Below the pieces are notes generated by a model, which searched no databases, had not been told where the DNA came from, and worked only from the letters and a program-made list of their open reading frames with translations. A program made the position numbers and the translations under genes. Of a stretch of DNA of 64,000 nt, positions 26,800 to 37,176 are shown piece by piece (position 1 is the stretch's first letter; each line of letters starts with the position of its first letter). The DNA is taken from the NCBI GenBank assembly GCA_003971905.1, contig RSEE01000088.1, positions 124,001-188,000 of the forward strand, in the 5' to 3' direction. The stretch comes from Moniliella sp. 'wahieum'. Its lineage: Eukaryota.

Positions 26800-29417
26800 T
26801 CAAACCGGGTGCTGTTGCTCCAGTTGGTTGAGCTGAATCCGGCCTTTGCTCCAGTGCTCGTTGCCCGCTATAAAATCGCCGCGGACGACCTTGCCACGAC
26901 GAAGGGTAACTTGGCGAGCGGCATCCTCAAACCGAATGTACACACCTTCGCGCCGAGCCGGGCCAAACGCACAACGCTCCTCGATCCACTGCAGGACCTG
27001 GGCGCGACGGACCTCGGTGCACTGGGTTACCAAGGGAACTTGGTGGATCCCTGTGCCTTGCAATGCCGAAGCGAGCACTTGGCGCGAAACGAACTTCCCC
27101 GTCAGCCGGTCCAACAAGTCAAACGCCAAGAAACGGTCGGGCAACTGGGTGTATGCAATGGAGTGGGTCGCAACAAGCCATTCACCATAGAGAATGTAGC
27201 GTTCCAAGAACTGTGGGTCGCGGGCCAAGAGCGCGGTGAGAGCATCGGCATGCTGTTCGAGCCACATGGGCAACGACTTGAACTGCGCATGCTCGGATCC
27301 GCAAATCCAATGACTGCGATTTTGAACGCGCAACGTACCGTGCGCATCGAGGCTGATGCCCATGTTGGCGCCGTCCATTTTTTCCTCAATGGTCAAGGTA
27401 CCGTGCAGCACGTCAAATCCTTCCAGCACCTCATCGTCGTCCGCCACGGCCCCCAAGTTGAGCAGGTGCGGGGTACGCGGGAACTTGAGTAACGGTACCG
27501 GTGGCGTGAGCAACAGTACCGCTTCCTTGGCCGCAGCAAAGCTCGACACAACCAACAAATGATCCCACGGTTCGTCGTGCAGCGTGGGCACGTCCATGGT
27601 ACGATCGAAGTGGTGTACAGCATGTGCACCTGTGCCAGCTCGGATGGTAGGATGGTTGAGACGCATGTTGACGCGTTGTTGGCACAATTCTTTATCGTAC
27701 TCAAAGTACACACCACCGTTTGCCGACCGTTTGGGACCAAACTGAGCCAATAGGCGCGGTCCGCGCGACTGGGATTGCAGCGATCTAAAATGATGAGGGT
27801 ATCGTTCGGTTGCGCCCGGCCCACTTGGTTTTCCGAGGCAGAGCGCCCGGCTTCATCTTGGTTGATGATCAATGTTTTGCCCCTTCGTTTGGCAATTGCA
27901 TTGGCTAACCAGCTCTTCCCTGACCCGGGCTTGCCAACCAGGATGAGTACCGTGGGGAAGGAGGTGGTAAGGGCCGCTGTGGGATGAGCGCGCGAGCAAA
28001 TGCGAAGCGAAGAAACTGGTTCTGCCAAAGGCTCGTTTCGGTACGCCTCTTTCCACCGATGCGAAACAAAGGCGGGGACAAAGCGTTCTTGATCTTGGCT
28101 TTCGAGCGAACGAGGACGAATCTGTCGTAGAAGGTTGATCGCCGTTTTACCATCCAACAGGGGCTCGAGCGATGGCGATGACAGTGTCTGCCCGCTCTCG
28201 TGACCTTGACCGAGCATGGCGATCAAACATGCCAACACGGTTCCGGCGCGCCCGACGCCCCCGCCACAATGAACCAGCCATACGCCGCCAGCCTGGACAT
28301 GGGATAGGACCGCGTCCATCTCGCCGAGGGAAGGAGTGCCGTAGTTGGCAATGGGGATATAAATGTGGCGGATGGGCTTGAATGCAAACCAGGCTGGGTC
28401 CAACGGTTCTTCCTTAGTCAAGGTAAGTATGTGCGTGAAACCCATTCGCACCAACTGATCCACATCCTCCTTGCTTCGTGGGGTAGACATGCCCGCCACA
28501 CGACCCGGGTAGACCCAGGAAAAGAAGCGAGGTAGTTGGTACCCCAGATACCTGGTGCGGTCCCTCGACTCGGTCCGGGCGGGCCAGAGGGACGGGGCAA
28601 ACATGGCATCCAAATCGTGTGGCCAGGGCTGCAGAACGTACTGCCGCAAATCGGAGGGGATGCGATCGTCCTCGGCGGCGGTGACAAGTGGTCCGTAGGA
28701 AATTTGGTTGGCCACTTTACCGATCCGACGATGGGCCAAAGGGAGCAAGCTAGGATCATGGCGAGCCGCCTGGGCGTACGCCAGCGCGGCCAACTTGGCG
28801 TTCGATCCAGCAAGCGCCGCATCGCCCACGCGGACGTATCCCTTGGCTGACTCGGGATCGAGAAGCACCATGGCTCCCGCCACGCGCAGGGACATGGTCC
28901 AATCGTCCTGCAGCGCAACACACAGATGGTCAAGGGCAGACATGCTGAGCACCTGTTGCGGGCCTGGCTGGAGTAGGGGATCCAAGTGCCCTGTGGTGCG
29001 GAAAGAAGTGAGGACGGACTTGTCGAGGGCATGGTCGTCGGTGGTGCTAAGCGTTATGTGGTAGGCTTTGCGACCAAGACCAAGCGAGGTGCGCCATGCA
29101 TCGGCATGGTTCCATACCACGGGCAGCCATCGCACCCCGGTCTTGCTGGTCATGGGGGGCAAGACGTAGATGTGGTTGGTGGGCACGGGGATGTCGTGGG
29201 GCAAGGGCAAGGGGAGGGTGCGCGAGGGGGAGCGGTGCGAGCGCAGCTGCTTGCACTCGGCCGCGGTGAGGAGGGTGATGTGGAGCGGATGGGACGGCAG
29301 CGGTGTGCCGGGGGGGCAGACGGCGTGGAGAGCCGCAGCGAGGCCGTCGCCGGTGAGAGCGATCGTGCCGCGGTACTCGGCTAACGTCGCAGGCGGGAGG
29401 AGCTGGACGACAGACAT
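26800..29417 (-). CDS. Multidomain RNA-repair enzyme: 2H phosphoesterase + TPR-like repeat + CX5R phosphatase + P-loop polynucleotide kinase + ATP-dependent RNA ligase ('Swiss-army-knife' type), ~872 aa
   Basis: Two HxT motifs (HITL at 29271-29282 and 29049-29060); TPR-like AKGYVRVGDAALAGSNAKLAALAYAQAARHDP; VHCGGGVGRAGT (~28240-28274); GKPGSGKS (27912-27935), then INQDE and ILDRCN; ligase motifs EEKMDGAN (27364-27387), LYGEW, FLAFDL, EGVYIR, RGKVVR. ORFs 27393-29651 and 26800-27750 are joined by one frameshift near 27715, inside the kinase domain. Confidence 0.85.
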
Positions 29418-30934
29418 GGGATGGTGGTATGGGGTGGTGGTGGCGGTGGTGATTCTGGGTGAAGGTGGAGCAGAGGGCAGACAAAATACCCTGTACTTTA
29501 TCCTCCAAACTATACTCCCAAAGTCCTTCGGAAGACCGAGGAAGGGCACGAATGGGTATAATCTGTGTGTGATGCATGATGCGAGATCGATGATCGACGA
29601 GTAGAGGGCTAGGACTAGGGTGACTCGATGACCGGCCAGAGATGACGTCACCGGTCACAGTAGCCTCCGCTCTACGACCGGTGTCAATATTCAATGGGTG
29701 AGTCGTGACGGTTAGGCCGGGTTAGGCCGTAGGTACCAGTGACTATAGTGAGGCGTGCCGGCAATGACTGGAATGACTCGGCCACGACCTGCCACGACCA
29801 AGGGGCGTTTGCATCTGTCCATCTGCCACAGCTGATGGTTGTTGCGATGGCGGTGACGATGACGTTTTTGACGGCGCAGGTGGGGTGTAGAAAGGTGTGG
29901 ATGAGTTGGTTCCAACGGTGTCATGCCGTGCCCCGTGCTCACAGCCAGCGCAGCCGGAGCCTGTGTCTCAAGCGAGACCGACGGGAGGAGGCCATGGTGC
30001 ATGATGCACATGAACGTGTTGACGTTGAACGTTGAACTGATGAGACCTCCCTGGCTCTTCTGGCTATCGATGCCAGCGAAAGAGATCCAAGAGGGGCCAG
30101 TGCAGCGTTCAGCACCTGGCCAGCGCGGTCAGTCAGGACTCTGGGGAGGCCTCAGGCGCTCAACGGTCTCGTGGAGCCGAGGGAATTTAACGTAATAGTC
30201 TGCCCGGCCCCAAAAGACCGCGGTCACATGTCCCGACTACCGCCTACTCAGACTATGGCGGGTCCTTAGGCCTCACTCTATAATGTGTTTTTGCCCCTGC
30301 GCTCGCAGGTAAGGGGAAATGGCCGTCGCTCCGAGCAGCTAACCAACGAGATGGACATGTGTGAACGTTCAGTTGAACCATGAGCCGAATCCATTTTCAC
30401 TACCGACTCGCTTTTTGCCCCCCGGAGAGTTTCCACAAGGTTAGGTAATAAATAGGCGTACCAAGTCCCACCCACGTTCGCATCGCACCACCATCCGCCG
30501 TTCCTTATGTCCCGGACGAACCTAACTGTCTGTCACCGAGTCATTGCAAAGTTCAAGCTACCACCAACACCTTGCCCTGTACCAGGATAAGGCAACCGTA
30601 CCCTGAGCTCACCTCTATCGCTTGTCAACAAGCCAACGCAGTGCCCAAAAAGGAGTAAAAGTAAGGGGGAGAAGGAGAGGGAGCATGCTGGACTGAAGCA
30701 TCCATTTTGGGGTTGAGGTGGATGAGCTCTGCAGAGCGCAGAGGGAAGAGGGTAGGGACGTCCCCACGCCCCGAAGCGACTTGCACAGGGAAGGGGAAAA
30801 ACACCCCACCGCTGAGCCAAGACCAAACCAGAGGGAAAGGAACCTGAGCCAGTAACAATGACGATCGTATGGGGCGCGGCTCGCTCGTATCCGACGCGGG
30901 GAGATGGACTGACGGACAGGTGTGTGGCAGGGAT

Positions 30935-31366
30935 TTAACGGTAAGATTTCTGGCGACGGGCACGGGCACCCTTGCCACCAAACTTCTTCGGTTCCATCCG
31001 ACGCGGGTCGGCAATCAAGAGGGTACGATCGTAGCTGACAAACAATTGGCGCAGTTCCAATGCCGACGAAGCATCGTAAAACTTGGCATAGTACGCAACG
31101 AGCGCCTTGGCAATAGCCTGACGAATTGCGTACACTTGCGACGTGTGACCACCGCCCGACACGCGCACCCGAATGTCCACGGGGGCAAACTTATCCTCCC
31201 CCACAATCAGTATGGGCTCGTACAACTTCCACCGCAGCACTTCGGGCTTCATCAGGTGAATCGGTTGGCCATTCACACGGAGCAGGCCCTTTCCCGCCTT
31301 GGCGTACGCCACGGCCGTCGCAGTCTTCTTCTTGCCAAAGCACGACACGGCTTGCGGGTTGGACAT
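30935..31366 (-). CDS. RPS16: 40S ribosomal protein S16 (uS9)
   Basis: [49 protein letters not shown]. 5'-UTR intron 31367-31508. Confidence 0.97.
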   Translation of the reverse strand: MSNPQAVSCFGKKKTATAVAYAKAGKGLLRVNGQPIHLMKPEVLRWKLYEPILIVGEDKFAPVDIRVRVSGGGHTSQVYAIRQAIAKALVAYYAKFYDASSALELRQLFVSYDRTLLIADPRRMEPKKFGGKGARARRQKSYR

Positions 31367-32048
31367 CTGATGAGGTGGGATGCGCAGCACAGATCCAGGT
31401 CAGCCGTTCTGCACCAAAGGAGCGCAGCCACACAGGGGGAAGGCAGCGCGGGGCGGATGCGAAGGCCGGCGCGCACACGTCCGCCCCCCCAAGTCCCGAG
31501 TCACGTACCTTGACGAGTGGTGGGTAGAGAGATGCGTGGGACAGCAGTCGATCGAGGAGGCGCGAGCGGGCCAACGCGTGTTGAGGGGGAGACCGCCACG
31601 CCGGGGAAAAGAAGAGGGACACAGGCACAGCGCCTGTCTCGTCACATCCCTGCTGCGGCAACCCTGCTGCCACGCAACCCTAATGCCATTTTATTTCAAC
31701 CTTTCCTCCTCTAAAGTTCAATGTTCAATGCTCGTTGTTATATTGTGGCGACTGGGCTCGGCCACTCCCATCAGCGCCATTCCAGGACGTAAAATGTACA
31801 GGACCATCGCATGGTCGCTCCCAGCACCAAGAGCTATGAGTCGAACATCTCAGCCTCCACAACCACTAAGCGTTGCACCCCTACACGCAGAAAGATCCGA
31901 CCTTTTAATAGATGAAAGACTACACTAACGTAACCACTGCCGAACATAAAGAACAGGTACCAGTAATAACATTGGTTTTATCCTGTAGCGCGAAGGCAAA
32001 GCGCACCCAGACAGGAGGAAATCAGCAAGCCATAAGAGCCAACCGAAT

Positions 32049-33528
32049 TTACTTCTTCTTGCCGGCCTTCTCAGCGGCCTTGGTGGTCTTGCCACCCTTG
32101 CCGGAGGTCTTCTCAACCGACTTGATCACACCGACAGCCACGGTCTGGCGCATGTCACGGACAGCGAAACGGCCGAGCGGGGGGTACTCGTTGAAGGCCT
32201 CAACGCACATGGGCTTGGTGGGGATCATCTTGACCATGGCGGCGTCACCCGACTTGATGAACTTGGGGGTCTCCTCAATGGTCTTACCCGAACGACGGTC
32301 CATCTTGGTAAGGATGGAGTCGAACTTGCAAGCAATGTGGGCCGTGTGGCAGTCAAGAACGGGCGAGTAGCCGTTCGAGATCTGGCCAGGGTGGTTCATG
32401 ATGATGACCTGGGCGTTGAACGAGGCAGCCTCCATAGGGGGGTCGTTCTTCGAGTCACCAGCAACGTTGCCACGACGGATGTCCTTGACCGAGACGTTCT
32501 TGACGTTGAAACCAACGTTGTCACCGGGGAGACCCTCGGGGAGCGACTCGTGGTGCATCTCGACGGACTTGACTTCAGTGGTCACGTTCGCGGGAGCGAA
32601 GGTAACGACCATGCCGGGCTTAATCACACCCGTCTCGACACGGCCGACGGGGACAGTGCCGATACCACCGATCTTGTACACGTCCTGCAGGGGGAGACGC
32701 AGGGGCTTGTCGGTGGGGCGCGAGGGGGGGTCAATGGCGTCAATGGCGTCAAGGAGGGTCTTGCCGGTAGCCTTGCCAGCCTTGGTCTCCTTCTCCCAAC
32801 CCTTGTACCAGGGCATGTTGGTGGTGGCCTCAATCATGTTGTCACCGTTCCAGCCCGAGATGGGGACGAAGGGAACCGACTTGGGGTTGAAGCCGACCTT
32901 CTTGATGAAGGTCGAGGTCTCCTTGATGATCTCGTTGAAGCGGTCCTCCGAGTACTTGGTGGCGTCCATCTTGTTGACGGCAACAATGAGCTGGCGCACA
33001 CCAAGGGTGAAGGCGAGCAGGGCGTGCTCACGGGTCTGGCCGTCCTTGGAAATACCAGCCTCGAACTCACCAGTGCCGGCGGCAATGATGAGAATGGCGC
33101 AGTCGGCCTGCGAGGTACCCGTGATCATGTTCTTGATGAAGTCACGGTGGCCGGGGGCGTCAATGACAGTGACCTGGTACTTGGGGGTCTCGAACTTCCA
33201 CAGGGCAATGTCGATGGTGATACCACGCTCACGCTCCGCCTTGAGCTTGTCGAGCACCCAGGCGTACTTGAACGAACCCTTGCCGAGCTCAGCAGCCTCC
33301 TTCTCGAACTTCTCAATGGTACGCTTGTCGATACCACCGCACTTGTAGATCAAGTGGCCGGTCGTGGTCGACTTGCGGAGTCGACGTGGCCGATGACGAC
33401 GACGTTCACGTGAAGCTGTGGGCGGAGGAAGAGAAGGAAGCAGAGGAAGAGAAGAAGATTAGTATGCGTGACGGGGCAGGCAACGGCAGGAGGAGCATGG
33501 CCCGCAGACGTACCTTTTCCTTACCCAT
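32049..33528 (-). CDS. TEF1: Translation elongation factor 1-alpha
   Basis: Exon 1 MGKEK (33514-33528), intron 33416-33513, then [12 protein letters not shown](G)KSTT with one G missing near 33376; the rest is canonical ([34 protein letters not shown]). Confidence 0.98.
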
Positions 33529-34007
33529 GGCGACGAATGTGGTGGGGAGAAAAGAGGAGGCGTGGGGCTGCGCCTGCGTTTGTAGCTGCTGCTGCCCCAA
33601 GCGCCTGGGCTGAAGAAGGCGGCGCGCCGCCCAGCGCCGCGGCAGCCAACCCTAGCATTTTTTCGTTTCTTCTGGGGCGCCCGTGCATCGGCCACACTGC
33701 GCTGGTGCGCCGCGCCGAACCCGACGCTGGGGTGGTGCAGGATGTGGTAAGCATCCAGGGTGCTCTGCTGACGTAACAGCGGCGCTTGTTCTGTGGGGGC
33801 GGGTCGAAGCGTCCGTGCGACGGCCGGCGTGGCGCCAGTGTGTGCGGCGCTAGGGTTGCCCTCCGTTGCGTCGACTGGCCAGCCACACCACCCAAGCAAC
33901 ACCTGCGGGATCGCTGTGGCTCTTGCTTTTGCTTCTGTGTGTGCTGTGGCTTTGCTGTTGCTGGCTGCTGCTCTTCCTCCTCCCCCCGCCCCCCGCTCGT
34001 CCCCACC

Positions 34008-35747
34008 ATGTCCAGCCGCTCCACTGGCCGCCTCGACTCGTACAAGAGCAAAGGCCTGCTCCACTCGGACGATCTTCGTCGCCGCCGCGAGGACCAGCAG
34101 GTCGAGATTCGCCGCCAAAAGCGCGACGAGACCCACGCCAAGCGTCGCCAGATGGACCTCACCGCCGTCGACCTGACCGACGAGGAGGACGATGACGATG
34201 AAGCTGTCGGTGCCATGCTCGAGGTACGCAACTCTCTCTCTCCTTCCCCCCCCCCACACCTGCTGTCCACGTGTGCTCTCCTTCGCCCCACCCTGATTTT
34301 GTTAATCCTGACTCCATTCTCCTCCCTTTCCCCGGTCACGACTTGTAGCAGCAGCGTTTGCCCGAGATGGTGGCCAAGCTCATGTCGGCCAATCCGCGGA
34401 CCAGCTGGAGGCCACATCGCTGTTCCGCAAGTTGCTGTCCAAGGAGAAGAACCCGCCGATCGACCGAGTGATTGCGACGGGCGCAGTGCCGCGCTTGGTC
34501 GAGTTGCTTCGTTCGGACAATAGTCTGATCCAATTCGAAGCCGCTTGGGCGCTGACTAACATTGCGTCCGGCACGTCGGAGCATACGCAAGTGGTCATGA
34601 GCGCCGGTGCGGTGCCGGTGTTTATTGCGTTGTTGTCGTCGCCGATTCTGGATGTGCGCGAGCAAGCGGTGTGGGCCTTGGGCAACATTGCTGGTGATAA
34701 CCCGCAGTGTCGGGACTACGTGTTGAACCAAGGTGCGATGGCGCCGCTGCTGAGTCTGCTTGGTGAGAACCACAAGATGGGCATGCTGCGCAACGCCACC
34801 TGGACACTGAGCAACTTTTGTCGGGGTAAGAACCCGCCGCCGGCATGGGAGTTGGTTGCGCCCGCGTTGCCCATGCTGGGCAAACTCATCTTTTCCACGG
34901 ACGAGGAAATTTTGATTGATGCCTGCTGGGCCATCTCTTACCTCTCTGACGGCTCCAACGACAAGATCCAAGCGGTGATTGAGGCGGGCCTGGTGCGCCG
35001 TTTGGTCGAACTCTTGACGGCCGAATCGACCGCGATTCAGACGCCTGCCCTCCGCTCGGTGGGCAACATTGTGACGGGTGACGACCTGCAGACTCAAGTG
35101 GTTGTGGCGGCCGGGGCGTTGACGCCGTTGCTTGCGTTGCTCTCGTCGGCCAAGGAAGGGATCAAGAAAGAGGCGTGCTGGACCATTTCCAACATCACGG
35201 CCGGTTCGAATCATCAGATTCAAGCGGTCATTGACGCCAACATTATTCCGCCTCTGATTGAACTGCTGCAGACGGGCGACCTGAAAACGCGCAAAGAAGC
35301 GTGTTGGGCCATTAGCAATGCCACGTCGGGCGGGCTACACCAGCCGGACCAGATCCGCTACCTGGTTTCGCAAGGCTGCCTTCGTCCGCTATGCGACCTG
35401 CTGACCACGATGGACAACAAGATCATCCAAGTCGCTCTGGACGGTCTGGACAACATCCTCAAGATTGGCGAGCAGGACAAGCTGGCTGCCGGCCCCGGCG
35501 CGGTGAACCAGTACGCGGCGTACATTGAAGAAAGTGGGGACTGGTTACGATCCACAACTTGCAGCAGCACGAGAACAATGACATTTACCAAAAGGCGTTC
35601 TACATCATGGACCACTACTTCCCCGATGACGAGGAGGACCAGGCGGAGGACGGTGCGGCACAGCCGGCTCTCGACGCCCAAGGAGCCTACACGTTCCAAA
35701 CCGACCTGACCGCTCCGCAGGGTGGTTTCTCCTTTGGTGCGCCCTAA
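34008..35747 (+). CDS. SRP1: Importin alpha (karyopherin alpha)
   Basis: IBB domain ([19 protein letters not shown]) and ARM repeats ([50 protein letters not shown]). Intron 34224-34348; frameshifts near 34415 and 35540. Confidence 0.95.
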
Positions 35748-36072
35748 ATGGCAAGGAAAGAAGAACATCCGCCCGTTTCGGTACGCTACCGTACGGTACC
35801 GTGCGCTCCCACTGCCCTGTCGTGCGGCCAACCGCAACCACCATATGTCCCTTCTCTTTCTCCCTCTCTTTTACCCGATTGGCGTTTACACCTTCTTCCT
35901 TTTGCTCCCTCCACACTCATACCATCCCTGCCCCCATCCCTCCCCCATCCCCATGCTTCGCCCTGGGGGTGAGCTCGTGCACCCTCCCGCTTCAACTTTG
36001 TTTTCGCCTCGTCCCGGGTCCGGATTGCTTGCTGCTGTTGGGTCCGATCCATGTCCATTCTCCGTTTTTCCT

Positions 36073-36112
36073 GGGCATGTGGGCATGTGGGCATGTGGGC
36101 ATGTGGGCATGT
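36073..36112. repeat. Tandem (GGGCATGT) x5
   Basis: Five exact copies read directly. Confidence 0.9.
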
Positions 36113-37176
36113 AGGCTAGTGCCTCGGCGGGCTCCCACCTCCTTCCCCTTGGTTCTCACCCTCCCAACCAGCGATCTAGCTCTGCCTTTGGACCGATTGC
36201 ACTGGCCGCGCGCGCGCAATGAAATGGGGATCCCCCCTCCCACCCCGAGATACCCAGATAGGATAGAGAAGCCTGAGAGAACGGGGGAAACCGGGACTGA
36301 GCTGATGTTTCTGTGTGGATGATGTCGATGATGGCCACTGCGCGAAAATCTGGTGCAGGTTGAAGCTTGAAGGTTGAACGTGGAACCCCCTCCCCCCTCC
36401 CTGGCCGGTCCTGCTCGCCCTCCCTCGGGAGCAACCCAATCAACATTCCCACCGTCATCAACGTACCAACCACCGATCCCAACGGAATGAAGATCAAGTA
36501 GATCTCCGACCACCGGCGCATCAGCCTTTTCTGTCGTTTGATCGATGATCCTTCATCGTACTACAGTAACGTCAACAGGGTTGGCTGTGGCCCATAGCGG
36601 CACCCCCCTCCACGTTCCGATCGTAACCCCCGTCCCAATCTATATACCACAACCTTACTAGGATAGGTAGATCGCATATGGTGCAGCCTCACCGGGCGCG
36701 CCTCAACCTCGAACGCGACGCGGTGATTCGTCTTTCGTCTTGTGCGAGAGTGTGGGGACGTAGGCCAAGCATAGCCCACTCCACACTCGACAATCGACCA
36801 ATCGACAACGACAATCTCCATGGGGAACGTGGCACCCCCATCGTGGCCGAATCACTCAACTCCAACTCCAACGGCTTCCCCTCTGCGCGAGGAGACAGAA
36901 CACTGAGCACTTAGCACTCAACAGAGCACAGAGCGAGCGCTAAGCCAGCATGGAACACTGAGAAGGCAAAGACGGTACCTGGTTTCTACGCAAGTAAGAA
37001 GAAACCGCCCTCCCCCTCCCCCTTCCCTTCCACCACCAAACCATGTCCAGCTCTACCTTCACCTCAAGTCTCCCAATGTTCAGTCCTGTACCTCAGGCTT
37101 TCCTCATGATCCCGTGAGCCCCTGCGCACGGGACCTCGAGAGCTCAAAGTGAACAGGAGGAAGAACCGTGTGCAAG

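Noticed and set aside
27700..27725. Programmed frameshift separating healing domains from the ligase
   Set aside because: No slippery heptamer, it falls mid-kinase domain, and similar indels occur in essential genes throughout the window.
32337..33413. Plus-strand 358-aa and 316-aa ORFs
   Set aside because: Antisense to strongly codon-biased TEF1; the same applies to shadows over FUM1, SRP1 and GID8.
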